A DNA stretch of 64,000 bases from Haliotis rubra. Taxonomy: Eukaryota. The DNA lies in assembly GCF_003918875.1 (NCBI RefSeq), contig NW_025766965.1, forward strand, positions 620,001 to 684,000, written 5' to 3'. Position 1 is the first letter of the stretch; every line of letters begins with the position of its first letter. The notes under the pieces are model-generated. The model had not been told where the DNA came from and made no database searches. It was given only the letters and a program-made list of their open reading frames with translations. The position numbers and the translations under genes were made by a program. Below, piece by piece: positions 24,763 to 38,332 of this stretch.

Positions 24763-26298
24763 TATACTGAGTCAAAAAAGAAACTTCACATTCATTCTCC
24801 AGGGTACTGTAAAAGAACAAGAGATGATAAGATGGTAAAATTGTTATTATTTCATTGCTGAGATCTGTGTGATGTACTCGATACACTGACAGTGCCATAA
24901 TCAGTTCCATTAGGCTACACCGCCGTTCCAAAACATGGGTATACAGAATGTCAAGTCACAAGAATAAAAATGCGAAATTTCTCAGTTCAATATCGTGTAT
25001 GGCCGCCCCGCGCATTCACCACTGCCAAACACCGTCTCCTCATCGACTGCCTGATGTTTGTGAACACGTGGTTGGGGATTCTGCGCCATTGCTCTTACAA
25101 GGCAGCGCCAAGTTGCTGCAAAATCTGAGGTTGGTTCCTAAGACCACGAAGCCTTCTCCCAAGTGCATCCCAAACGTGCTCTATTGGATTAAGGTCAGGG
25201 GACCTCGATGGCCAGTCCATGACGTTGATTCCAGCGTTTTGAAGGAAATTTCGTGTCAACATCGCGGTATGCGGCCTAGCATTATCATGCTGGAACCGTA
25301 GACCTGGGCCATGAGCCGCCATGAAAGGAACGAGTTCAGGGCTGAGCACCTGGTCGCGGTAAGCAGCAGCTGTGAGGTTTCCACGGATGACCAGAAGTCG
25401 GGAACGGTTGTTCCCACAGAAAGCACCCCACACCATGCGACTTCCGCCCCCGAATCTGTCGACTTCCTGTACACAACATTGGGCGTTCACGACGTCGTCT
25501 CCAGACTCAATGCCTGCCGTCCGCGAATCTGAGGGTAAGCCTGGATTCATCGCTAAAGACGACTTGATTCCAGTCTCTCTGGGTCCATCGGAGGTGACGT
25601 TGGGCCCACAGCAGACGTTGACGTTGATGAAACGGCGTCAATATTGGCCCACGATATGGACGTCGAGAATGGAGATTGGCAGCCCGCAACCGATTTCGAA
25701 TGGTCTGTGAGGACAGTTGACCTCTAAACATCGCAGCCCTGGTTCATGTAGCCGGCAGAAATCTGTCACGTAGGTGACGTAGGACGATTTGACGGTCTTC
25801 TGCTCGTGACGTCACACGTGGACGACCCGACCTTGGGCGATCAGAAGTGGTGCCAGTTTGTTGTAGACGACCTCGCAAGTCATACACAGTACGACGGCTG
25901 CATCCCATTGCTCTTGCGACGTCAATAACTGATTTTCCCGCTTGCAACATGCCAACGGCACGTTCACGTGCACATTTGACAATCGTGGCATTTCAAGTCA
26001 AGTACCGTTAGAACTGTGGTTTAAAAAGTGTTTTTTCAATTCTTGAGGCCAATGCAAACACGTGCATATGAAGAAAACTTTGATGGGAAGATCACGTGAT
26101 CGACTGCATGTGCAAAACCTGATTTGGCACTAACGTCATTTGCACGACGAATGGATGGGTTTGAGTGGGTTTTGCTTACGTTTTTCTAGAGTCGAAAGAT
26201 AGGGATCCCATTTCGTATACATAGATGTATCATCAGAGAAAAATTATTCATTATTTTTCAAATTACATTTTGTGAAGTTTCTTTTTTGACTCAGTATA
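24763..26298 (-). mobile_element. Tc1-type DD34E transposon, family T2; disrupted transposase (about 25990-24986)
   Basis: Perfect TA-flanked TIRs tactgagtcaaaaaagaaacttcaca. FSDESR, HDNARPH, SPDLNPIEHVW and GGHTRY are split by stops and frameshifts. Confidence 0.95.
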
Positions 26299-26898
26299 TA
26301 TAGATAGATAGATAGAGGGGGGGGGGGGCGTGCGTGCGTGCGTGCGTGAGTCTTTGTTCTTAGCAGTCAGTGGGTCATTGCACAATCATTCGCTGACCTC
26401 AAGACGACTTACAGAAACATCACTTTAATTTAAAATATATCTTTATATCAATGTTCAAGGACATGAAAAACCATTTAAACGGGTATTATTAAAATATTTT
26501 ATTAGTGCCTTTTGTTTACATGAAATACATAGCAAATCATATATACGAGATATATTGGATACTTATCACTGCGCATAACCGGAAATAGTTATTTAGGTAG
26601 TTAGTGCAAGATGCATTTAGTACCAGAGAATACCCCTCATCCATACGGATGGTAAAGCTTGCGGCCATCGATAAGTTCTGAGCCTTACAGTGAGTGAATA
26701 TGGTTTTACATCGCCTTTAGCATATATACTATGTGTATCCACAACCAAATGGTTCAACGTTACACAGTATTATCCATGTGGGGGTTCGAACCACAGGGGT
26801 TCGAATCACTGTTTTGACAATAATTTTGAAAAATAAAATTTAGATTTTTGCAACCGTATATTGTTTTTATATGTTATGAGTTATCTTAGAATTTGTTT

Positions 26899-27981
26899 GA
26901 GTGGCATTTTAGAAGTTGAGACGTACAATATAGAACAAGTTTTATGGATAACAACTTCTTTATTTCGTGAGTGCGACGTTTCGATACAGATTCTTGTACC
27001 GTTGTCAAGCAAGAGTGATACATGAAGTGTAGGAGCTGCATATATATACTGTATATAACAATGAAACAACATAATAGACAAAGGAAACAACATAATTGCC
27101 ATGATTGGCTAAGCAGTAAGCTGAAGAAGCCAGTGAGTACACAAAGGATAGTGAATGGAAGCCAGAGATGTAGTTACAATGAGATGTGTGAACAATAGAT
27201 GCGATGTTTATACAATAGATTGGGCTTGGTGGAGGAGTGGATCATAAGCTGATGGAATGAAGTATCCTTGGTCGCGGTTGATGGTGGGCTTGTGGCGTTT
27301 GATGTGAATGGCTTCTGTGAGCTTGCGTTTAGTGAAGTCCGTTTGGTTGTTGGCGAGAATGGTGATGTCGGACCACTCTATTTGATGATTGGGGTTAGCT
27401 TTGATGTGGTCAGAGATAGCTGACTTGGTGTCGGAATTAGCAACAGAGGTGCGATGTTCTTTGACTCGGGTGTTGATGGATTGGGATGTTTCACCTATGT
27501 AGCATTGTCCACAATCACATTTTATTTTGTAAATAACACATTTCGGGTTGTTGTTGTTGACGGTGGGTTGTTTTCTTCCGTTGGCAAGCTCACAGAAGCC
27601 ATTCACATCAAACGCCACAAGCCCACCATCAACCGCGACCAAGGATACTTCATTCCATCAGCTTATGATCCACTCCTCCACCAAGCCCAATCTATTGTAT
27701 AAACATCACATCTATTGTTCACACATCTCATTGTAACTACATCTCTGGCTTCCATTCACTATCCTTTGTGTACTCACTGGCTTCTTCAGCTTACTGCTTA
27801 GCCAATCATGGCAATTATGTTGTTTCCTTTGTCTATTATGTTGTTTCATTGTTATATACAGTATATATATGCAGCTCCTACACTTCATGTATCACTCTTG
27901 CTTGACAACGGTACAAGAATCTGTATCGAAACGTCGCACTCACGAAATAAAGAAGTTGTTATCCATAAAACTTGTTCTATA
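26899..27981 (-). mobile_element. 5'-truncated Penelope-like retroelement (GIY-YIG endonuclease C-terminus, 27208 to about 27580) with an inverted terminal repeat
   Basis: VIYKIKCDCGQCYIGET...RVKEH...SAISDH...RKLTEAIHI...INRDQG. About 400-bp inverted arms. 18-bp direct repeat ttatcttagaatttgttt at 26881 and 27982. Confidence 0.92.
27899..27938 (+). ncRNA. Minimal type I hammerhead-ribozyme-like motif, U3-A8 variant (mirror copy 26972-27011, minus strand)
   Basis: ugc UUGACAA c gguaca-agaauc-uguauc GAAA CGUC gca. Confidence 0.65.
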
Positions 27982-29078
27982 TTATCTTAGAATTTGTTTT
28001 TTAGAAAATTCTCCCGCTACACTCATTACAGAATACACTGTATTTTATGTGATGAGTGTAGCGGGAGAATTATCTCAAAAATCCATCATTTCACCGATTT
28101 CGTTCAAATTTGAAATATCAGTTACTCATAGCATAAAAAAACAATATACGGTTGCAAAAATTTAGATTTTTAGTTTGAAAAATTATTGTCCGAACTGTGA
28201 TTCGAACCCCTGTGGTAAAAACCCTCGAAGGTGTCAGTACATAGGTTTGACCTTCAGGGAGGCTGATGATAGGATAATTCCAAATTCACTGATCCTGCAT
28301 TACAATATCATAGAATATGGTTCTTGAATCGATCATCATGAAAAGGTAATCCATTCCGTGTACAACTTCGAACCAATACGGTAAGGCTCAAAGCTGACAG
28401 AGTTGGTCGTCCTTGGATTATCGTCAGTGATTTGAGAATATGTTTATATCTTAGGAAATTGTTATCATTATTTTCACTATATGAACTATAAGAGATCAGT
28501 ATTTCTGACATACGAACTTAACCACCGGACAAAAGAAGAAAAACACCTATATTTGATGGCGACTATATAGGAAACAAACATGACATGGTTATTCGATGCA
28601 TTCGTAACTACTACTTTCCGTGACCTACCAGTTTGCCGGAATGACAGGAGTACATGTAGTTACGAATGCATTCGATGGTGATGAATGAGATCATAGCTGT
28701 ATTTATTTGGCCACTTAACTTTGCAGCGTTTGTTTTCTTTTGTCCTGCAGTTTTTTTGCAGTAGTAATTCAGCTGTATGACAAGTAGAAGTATAGTCATG
28801 GGCATATTTAGACATGATCATCAGCTGCCGCTGCCGAACCTCTGCTTATCATCTAACATACGCATCCTATGGACCTGATAGAATGGATACGTCCACATAC
28901 AATCTAGTTTCAATACAGTATGTACACATCTAATATGATACAAAGAAGCGAATGTGTTGGGGTTTTTTTTATTCTTTTCAGATCTACGACCTTTTTTAAC
29001 TTCCCAAGTGTTGAAATGTTGCATAAACACCCGCAAATTTGAAAGCATAATATTTCCCCTTTGTATATGTTTATCTTA

Positions 29079-29621
29079 CCTCACACATAAATGTTGCTTT
29101 CTAACTGGCTGAGCGCTCTTCTATTATTTTCAATGTACCCCGCTGTCAATGGCAACTCATTTGGTACTTCGTGGTAGGAATTCTTTATCTCGAATAACAT
29201 TGAATCACGTACATGATGTACGGAAATTACCGATGTTTTACGAATGCATATCGATGGAAGGGAGATAACTCTAAATTTGTTCTTCTTGTCAGCAAAATCT
29301 AGCGATGGCTACAAAACGATTTTTGTACCTGTGTTTCAAACAATTCAAAGTTAACATTAAAGTGAGCCCGAAGGGTAAGGGGAACATAAAATAACATCGA
29401 GGGTACATCAACCCATGGGCCCCAAGGGCCAGTGAACAACGTATTTATCTTACCACCTTAATGTTAATTTTGAATTGTTTGAAGCACGGGTACAAATCTT
29501 TTTGTAGCCATCGCTAGATTTTGCTGACAAGAAAAACATTTGGGCTCAGGGAACATAAACAAACATCGAGGGTACATCACCACATGCGCCCCCCCCCCTC
29601 GTGACCAGTAAACAATTTATA
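29079..29621. mobile_element. Unclassified hairpin-rich dispersed repeat, rearranged copy
   Basis: Homologous to 32064-32500, with an internal inverted duplication. Confidence 0.7.
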
Positions 29622-30036
29622 ATGTTCATTTTGGCAGGTCTAACGAAGACCATCAATCCAAGCGTGTATTGAAAATAACAATCGTGCCACTGTAGATTAA
29701 ATACCTCTTATAATTTGGAAAAGTAGCGCCAGGTTTCAAATATTTAAAAAAACAGTAGGTGTTTTCACATTCAAACCTGGCAAAATATAAACTCTTTGAT
29801 GTCAGGAAGATATTGAAGAGGCACTGGCTGAGTCCGATGTTTTGACAGGGATTTCAATCTAAAATAAGGAAGCACTATCAGCCGTATATCAACAGTTATG
29901 TTGTCTTCTGGACATATTTTCGAGCACAATTGTAGATTAATCATTGAAAGTTTGTAGCACGGCCACTTCGTCCGTCAAAATGAAGAAACAACACCTAAAG
30001 GAAAGTAGCAAGCCTCGCAAGTTTGGTTCTACACAA

Positions 30037-30149
30037 CAGGGCCTAGATTTTCGACGCTCTCTTAGCGCTAAGATAGTCGTAAGTGTCATACATTAATATT
30101 AACTTACGACTATCTTAGCGATAAGAGAACTTCGAAAATCTAAGCCCAG
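30037..30149. mobile_element. Palindromic MITE (PIF/Harbinger-like, CAG duplication)
   Basis: cag GGCCTAGATTTTCG...CGAAAATCTAAGCC cag, with the same core as 14477-14589. Confidence 0.7.
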
Positions 30150-31191
30150 GTGATTATGACGTCACACGACCGCTGTGACTCAGAAGATATGACGTCGGCT
30201 ACAGATGCGCCAATTCAAAGTAACACCCGAAATACGATCTTTCCGTCGATTTCTACCTTTTTTTCAGATGCAAATGATTCGTCACACTTACGTGAATATT
30301 GCGCCGAAAGCATTTTACAATCGTGCATGCTTTCGGCGCGAAGAGACATAAGAAATAGGCTTCACGCTTTGTACCCATGTGGGGAATTACATTAAAAAGG
30401 AAATACACCATGTTCACTACTTGTTCCTCTTAACTCTTGAAAACAATGCTCCGGCATTTCGTAGCCATGAAGGTCTTCTTCTGGACTTAATAACTGAAAT
30501 GAGGGAAAACAAATCAAGGATTACAAAATATGTACCACAGTTTTTTAGTCTTATGTTAAAGATTCCTAAAAGAAGATTACGTGGGGGTTTTATTTGAGAA
30601 AATACACCACCAAGTATGACATGCATTACCCACTTTGTCTGAACAAATTAGAGGACTCCCAACATAGTAGCTGCTATAAACAGAATAGAATAGATTCCAT
30701 GGAAACATCTCCCAAAAGGTCACAAACGACACCAGTCTACAGAATAACTGTTTAATTACACTGCGGCATATTCGTAACGATACAGACGTGATTAAAGATG
30801 TCTGTATGCAGAATTTTCGGGAATCTACAAATTAGGGTCGTTAATAAATGAGGGCTCAAAGGTCGACAGCGTTAATTTATGCAAAATTTAAAGCGTTGTA
30901 AAATAAATATTTCTCCTTCAGGTTACAAAACTTGTGTTATTGTATTTATTGAAAATGCCGGCCGTACACCCTTAACACATACGACGAAAACGCAAATTGT
31001 ATCAATTGTTTTCATTTGTTAGACACTGAAAAGTTTTCAAAGGCATAATCCTGTTACCGGGTGATAAGACAATTCATGAAAAAAAGTAAATTTCCCAGGT
31101 GTAACGGGAGTTTCAAAAAGAGCTCTTGCGGTATTTGTTTTCTTCAATACGAGATGCAGAGTATTGTCCCGGGATAGTATCATGTACCTAC

Positions 31192-31688
31192 CTCTGTGGT
31201 CATAACTGTGACTTTCCTTTATTTTCCTCTTAGATCCCTGGTGATCAGCCTGAACAAAGTACATGCTCGGGTGAGTCGGACCTACGCCACCAGCTTGGAG
31301 GTCCTGGGGTGGCCACACAACAGACGGATCTGTCACAGTGTCCAATGGATCAGGGAAGCTGTCACGAGAAAATGGCGAGATTTGGTTCACATCCGGGGAA
31401 CTTACTGACGGAGCAAACGTGCCCATGACAGGATATCCCGAGGAGGGTTCACCAGCGTATCTGCCTCTACCATCTTTGTGTTTGGAGCTGACGGCGTAAA
31501 TGTCGTTGGAAAAGTAGTATTGTTGGACTGGATGAGTGTTGATGGGGATGTTGTCGTTTGGGACTTGGGGCTGAGAGATACTGGAGACGAACACGGCCTC
31601 ATCCTGCTCCATCGGCGGCGTGTATGCCCTGTGAGGAGTTTTGGTGTGATGTCCTGTCACTACCGGAAGGAGTCGGCCCGGTAAATCC
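31192..31688 (-). CDS. Probable internal coding exon of an unknown Pro/Ser/Tyr-rich protein
   Basis: ttattctcacag acceptor, G|gtaggt donor, open frame of about 165 codons, raised GC. Phase 2 in, phase 1 out. Flanking exons not identified. Confidence 0.6.
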
Positions 31689-31815
31689 CTGTGAGAATAA
31701 AACAGGTGAGTGAACGAGTGAGCATCGCTTTACCCCCATAACCATCGAGGTTATATAGCCACATACGGGCTTCACACATTGTACCTCATCCTCTGTTAGT
31801 CATGTATATTATATA

Positions 31816-31980
31816 GTGAGTGAGTGAGTTTGGTTTTACGCCGCGTTTAGCAATATTCCAGCAATATCACGGCGGGGGCTTCACACATGGGCTTCACACA
31901 TTGTACCCTTGTGGGGAATCGAACCCGGGTCTATGTCGTGACCGGCGAACGCTTTAACTACTAGGCTACCCCACTGCCCC
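31816..31980 (-). mobile_element. SINE family A
   Basis: Full-length match with a small internal duplication. Confidence 0.85.
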
Positions 31981-32063
31981 CTGTGTATTATATCTCCATG
32001 TTATAATGGTCAATGTCTCAAAGCAAAGCCAAGATGACAAATGTGACCAGAGCATTTATCTTT

Positions 32064-32500
32064 CCTCACACATAAATGTCGTTTTCTGATTGGCTGAGCG
32101 CTCTTCTATTATTTTCAATGTACCCCGCTTACAAGCGAGTAATATTTTCTATGTACCCCGCTGGGAATGCCGAACTCATTTTGTAGTAATTCTTTATCTC
32201 GAATAACATTGAATCACGTGTGATGTACGGAAATGACCGATGTTTTGCGAATGCAAATTGATGGAAGGGAGATAACTCTAAATTTGTTTTTCTTGTCGTC
32301 TGGTACTCCATACTAGGATCCGATACCCGTGCTTCAAACACTTCAAAATTACCATTGAGGTGTTCGGTGAGATAAATACGTTGTTCACTGGTCCCTCGGG
32401 GCCCATGGGTTGATGTACCCTCGATGTTTCTTTATGTTCCCCTCTACCCTTCGGTACATCAGCCCATGTCCCCCCAAGTGACCAGTGAACAACTTATAAT
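32064..32500. mobile_element. Unclassified hairpin-rich dispersed repeat, second copy
   Basis: cctcacacataaatg...gtgaccagtgaacaacttataat, as at 29079-29621. Confidence 0.7.
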
Positions 32501-35500
32501 ATCATAATAAAATGTAGGCTATAACACACAGGGATCACTGTACCAATGTTTGTTTACCAAATAGAATTGGGTATTCGACGTCATATATTGTACTTCAATG
32601 TGTCTATTTTCTTCACAACAATCATTTCATTTTGAAAGCAACAGAGGTGTATTCGTGAGTGGTCAGATAGTATAAGATTTGTCATAAAGTGTACATGTCT
32701 GTGATGCATGGAAGAGGTTAGATGGCCAAACAAACAAGGCAGGCATTTAACAATAAGTAGGATGACATGTACTTACTTTATAGCTGTTCCGTCCAAGGAA
32801 AGAGTGTTATGGTTACAGGACCGATTTTCAATATTTCACTTTGTACGTTTTCATATCATCATCATAATCATCGGAATGTTTATTTTCGCTATTCATGCAT
32901 CTTTATGAAAATGCATTTTACGCTTTCTGTGAAATTTATTGAAACCTCTAGTTCTCCGGTAAATGTATTTCTGCCGTAAAGTGCTGAATCCCCTCAAAGA
33001 TTGTTTGTGGCACGAAACTCTTAGCAAAATGAATAATATGTCTAGGGAAGGACATGATTAATTATTGCATACAGCTAACAAAATCTTCATACAGGTTACA
33101 AAATCTTGTTTTCCTGAAATAAAATAACGGGTAAGAGAAACGATACCAAGTCGAAATTACTGATATTTCAAAACGACAAACCACCATTGTGAAAAAGGAA
33201 AGTGAATGGGCATCGTATCGTTTCTTTTGCCCGTTACTTTACTAATTTACAACCTCGTAAGACTAGAACTCATCTACACATTGTACTTGAAATGTTCATG
33301 AACGCAGACTTGTTCTCGTCACTATATGGCTGAAATAATGCCGATGTGACGTAAAGCCCAACTCAACTACAACCTCGTAATGGGGAAGATAACAAAATGG
33401 AGATTTTATGAGTGCTTTCTTTACCTCCGTTGTTGGTTGTAGCGATACCCATCCAGATTAAGTTTTGTTTGTTGTTTAAAGCCGCGTTCCTCAATATTAC
33501 AGCAAAATGCCGGAGATCCATAATAAACTAAGTGAAAGGCTGCTGTCTAACGTCCCGAATACTTCAAGTATTTCCAAAACGAAGAGTTGACTTATTATGA
33601 AACTTAGGGGTAATGTTAATTTATGAACTGAAGTGAGTAAACGTGCTTTCACGGCGCTTTCCACGCCTCGTTTCCAGTAGTACATGAGACACACTTTACT
33701 TTGACAAAGAGGCCGTCGAGTTACGTCCCTTAGTCGGATCAGAACCCTGTGATTATGGTTTTGAATCCAAGAACGGACCCGATAACGGTTCTTTGTGAAC
33801 ATCCCCGTTGTCCGTCGGTTTCATGTGGTGTAACCGGCATCATTTCGAGGTTTTCTCCTCGATCGCTGTGACATCACTGAAATACTGTTCAAACCGGCGT
33901 TTAACTCAACTCACTAACTATTTCACCACTTCCGTTACACACAGGAAACGCTTGAGTAGTAATTTTATATATTCTCACTGTTTACCGTCAGGACAGTATG
34001 TAGTATATATCAAAATGCGGCCGTTATTGTTAAATATATGCCAAACGGGATTTATCATTGTCCTTTATGAAGCAGGTTCAATATTTACAGAATTAACGAG
34101 CAATACCAGGCATCCAAGAACTATTTGTATTAAGGTGGATTCTACTATGAGCTGGCCAATACTCACCCGACAGTTCGTATTTCCTCATCAATGAAATCAG
34201 TCGACTGTGTTCATCGACTGTAGTAGTCTGTGCTAGACTGTCCGAATTTATTCTGTGCTTCCCATGTTGTGCCCTCCCTTAATTTTCATTCCGACGTGAA
34301 AAGGTAGTAAGTTTTCTCATCTCAATTCCACCCCACCCGCCCGTTGCTATTTATCCCCCCATCCTTTGCCATTTATATCTTGACGTGGTAGAACAAATTA
34401 CTCTCACCTTGCACACGCATAAGAAAATCAGGTCAGCTTCATCTTTTTTTCATTTACATTTATAAAAACATTGTTTCCGAAGGAAATTGAGTCAGTCTAC
34501 CTCATAAGTTAATCTATTACCAAGTGACAAATATTTATTTTATTTGTCATTTGTGCCCACCCCCTCTATTGCTGGTTAAAGTGGGAGACGAGAAGCACTT
34601 AAACCATATACGTATGTCCGACAAGCCTGGCGCAAAGCTCACACTGGAACCGTCACTATTGCCAAGGAATCGCCATATAGCGAGCCGTCCTTTTAGCTAA
34701 AGCTGTCGTTACAAATGACTAATGGAATCACCATTCTTAAAAATTGCTTCCACTCATTTTTACTTTGTTGACATGTTAGAGCGACTTTATTAAACGTGTG
34801 TCTTCAGGCAAAAGCGTGCAACTTAATTTAAGAAGAAAATGACACCCGGTGTTTAGCTGAAGGTGTCTGCCAGGTAAGTGTGACTGTGCAGAAAAGCGTT
34901 TATATATACAAACATGCAACAAAAAACATAAACCAATGTTAAATTAGTTTTATTTAAGCAGTGTGGGTGAGGCATACATAAATATATAGGTTATGAATTA
35001 AATAAAATACACTGATGGGTTACTAGAAAATAAATATATGTGCAATAATAAAAAACACAATGCTAAGTGGTAACATATGCAGAGTACCGCATTGCCATGG
35101 TAATGCATCTATTGATGCCATGGATGGTTCCACAAACGAATGAGACAAGGTCGAACTGGTGCAGTCTTTATCACACATCACATGGCGAACAAAGATACTG
35201 TATATTCGACTTGTCGTTTGCAAATATATAAATATAAATATTAATCATCAATTTCTTCGGATACCCCAACATCTTTGGATATCGCAACCATGAAATAAAT
35301 ACCAAAAATAATGTTCACTACGATAGGTCCATTGTGATCATCTTCAGACTTGTGAAATAGACGCTGTCTGATGACGTCTCAACACGTGTACAGTGCGTGC
35401 ACAGTTCATGAAAGACACGGGATACAATCCTTTTCACCTGATGTTTTAACCTCACCCAACTGTGTTATATCACAATTACAAATCACATTATGTAAAACTC

Positions 35501-38332
35501 TTGACACGTTTGGTGAAATATTTACATTTTAGTTTAACTCGTCATTGCCTTCGGAGCAACTCACTCACTCTATGCTGTTGCGTGACATGAAATAATCCTA
35601 CAGCAATAAATTATCAAAATAATTGGGAAAATTGGCACAATATCTGCATCTTATTTATATATCAAGGCATTATATAATACATTCTCGAGATATACGTACA
35701 GATAATTCTAATACTGCCAAATATCAGTTTATCATCAAATATTAAAATGAAGGTACGACAATTCGAATATAAAAATACATAAATATCAAATGCATAAATG
35801 ATAAAGAATCTTGATCGATGACACAATACTGGGTTGATATTTTGAAAATCAAGGATTGCCAGAGTTATATTCTTGTAAGTTTTGGAATGTATCTATTCAA
35901 CTGTAACTGCACTCCGAATTATCCTTTGTAGTGGTACAGGGTAGTGTAGCATAGTGGTTGAAGCGTTCGCTCGTCATGCTAAAGGCCCGTGTTCGAATGC
36001 ATATGGCTACGATGCGTGAAGCACTGAAGATACAAGGTGCCTTAGCTTGTGACACAACTTATTAAGTGAACTTTATATCATGGAAATATCGCAACATCTA
36101 TTCATTAAGACAATGGCAATAGTATGGTATGTATTATCTCCCTTTAATCATTTATCGACGATCCAAGCAGTATTCATCTGACGTAACATACTGCGGGAAT
36201 CTGGGAGTTACAGTTACCATGGCTTTCGTTCGGATTACAAGTGGCTGGATTACCAATCATGTATCGCGTAGAAAATATCTCTAGAGGGAATCCCATCAGA
36301 AATAATCTGGTATGTGGAGTGTCCGGTTTAAAGGGATCCGTATGAACGGGGCGTAGCTGATTATATATTTGCTTTATAGGATTCTATCGGGTTCCACTCA
36401 TCTAGGCCGCACTGACAAGATGGGGTTTTGTAAAGCTCTGTATTTGAGAAATTCCAGCTTAGGTACATAGTCAGACTCCTGTAACGGCACCTGTGTTTCC
36501 TCCTTGCTGGAAAGAAAATAGTTCGACGTAATATCCGAGGCCCTGTCATGGTTATAAGTTATTGTGCGCAAAGTGGATTATTAAGTTGCAAGTGAAGCAG
36601 TGGAAGATGAGAGTAAGAGCACGAGACAAGCTCCCTTTCAGTCAGATCATTACTTGTGTTCCTGTTTATTTCTACTTACGACAGTCTTAGTGCAAGCCAG
36701 GCGCCTTCACGGGGTGCGACTAGCTGTGAAGAGTTGCGTCCCTTGCTGCCATAGCTCTTTTCAATGGCTGACTTCGACACAACGTTTGCCGTTATCCAAT
36801 GATATGACAAACGCTATCGTAGCTTTGAGAAAAGTTGTCAAGACTATCTACCTTGTTTAACATGCTTGGTTGGCGTCACACAAGTTGAAAACGACCTTAA
36901 GCTGAAACGCTAAGAACTGATACTGTTCTTACAAACAGATGAAACCTGGATTTGGACCAACCATCATCGGATCCAGACACGTCAAAGGGGAGGAGGTCTG
37001 CACTGGGAATCGCAGCGCTTCATACCACTCAACACCACCCAGATACTTGAAATAATGAAACAGAGGGTAGATGTGTACATGTACGCCCTGGGTTCAAACC
37101 ATCCCCTTTCATGAAAAGGTATAATATGAATATAAGATATTCATATTTTAAAATGCATGGCATTGAAATATGAAAAAGGGAAAGTACCAACCTTGAGTTT
37201 CACCTGAGAAGTCACAAAGGGGTCACGGTAAAAAATCCGAACTGTCTTTTTCAGTGTAACATTAATTTTTAAGGAGAAATGACTGACGTCATCGCACTAA
37301 AACAAACACGATACATTAAAACCAGGAGGAACGTAATGACAGACAATTCCAAAAGCATAGTGTCACTTGAGGGTTTCAGTATTGCTTCAAACATCGAAAG
37401 CGACCGACCATTTTATCTTCGGAGGATAGTAATAATTAGAAAGAGGGTAACTTTAATTAAAAACACCTTTTTAAGAATAAAAATATATACGGCACATTCT
37501 GTCCTTCCCGTGGAGATAAAATGGCCGGCCCTTAGCAGCTGTGGTATATATAAAGCAACGGATATAACATCATATACATATACATGTCAAGTAGCATGCA
37601 AATTACTGTGAAAGTAATCTAACTAATGTATCCCTGCCAGTACAATACGTCTTTAGGGAACTAGTTCCCTTAGCAATGAAGCAAGATCGAAATGATATGA
37701 TTTGACATTCACATTAAAAACATGCTTCAAAGAAAATTTCATCAATGTCGACTGAGTTACGGTGAAGTGTTGTTTTTGAGAAAACGATTTACGTCAAGCG
37801 AAAAAAAGCATAAACCAGGCTCGGTTTGTTCTTTTGAAATATTTGATTGGTCAGGGCAAGTAAAGAAATAAATTGGGTTGCTACTTTCACAGTTTAACAG
37901 AAGAGGCATTGTGCAAATGCAGTGATAGAGTCAATATTAACAAAAGCCCATTGTGTCTATAGTTTCTATTAGTCAATTTTCAAACTTGCACTGACTTTCT
38001 GTGTTGTCTCGACGATATCCCTTGAGACGATATCCCCTAGAGACGATATCCCTCTAGAGACGATACCCCCCCTTGAGTCGATATCCCCCCTGCTTACGTG
38101 CAGATTGAAGTGAGGGCTGCGTTTTTGAAACGCGGTACCAGTCTGACTGTGTGTGTCAACGTGCCAGATCTGATTCGATGTTCACGCTATCAACCACCGG
38201 TTTATCTAGTCCAGGGATGATAATATACAGGTCGAGACTATTGAGCTGGATTACAGTTGGCTGCGACGCCAAACATCATTCTCTTAAGGATACATTCCTT
38301 CAAAGCACGAGGTTAACAACATCTTCTATAAA

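Larger units (their letters stand above)
26790..28216. mobile_element. Foldback DNA element hosting the Penelope insertion
   Basis: accacaggggttcgaatcac...gtgattcgaacccctgtggt with about 90-bp arms and an internal hairpin at 28007-28071. Confidence 0.75.

Noticed and set aside
27454-27990. Plus-strand ORFs duplicating Penelope peptides
   Set aside because: They are artefacts of the inverted terminal repeat.
28611-29048. Candidate terminal exon for the 31192-31688 exon
   Set aside because: The visible acceptor near 28874 gives an immediate stop in the required phase, so there is no support.
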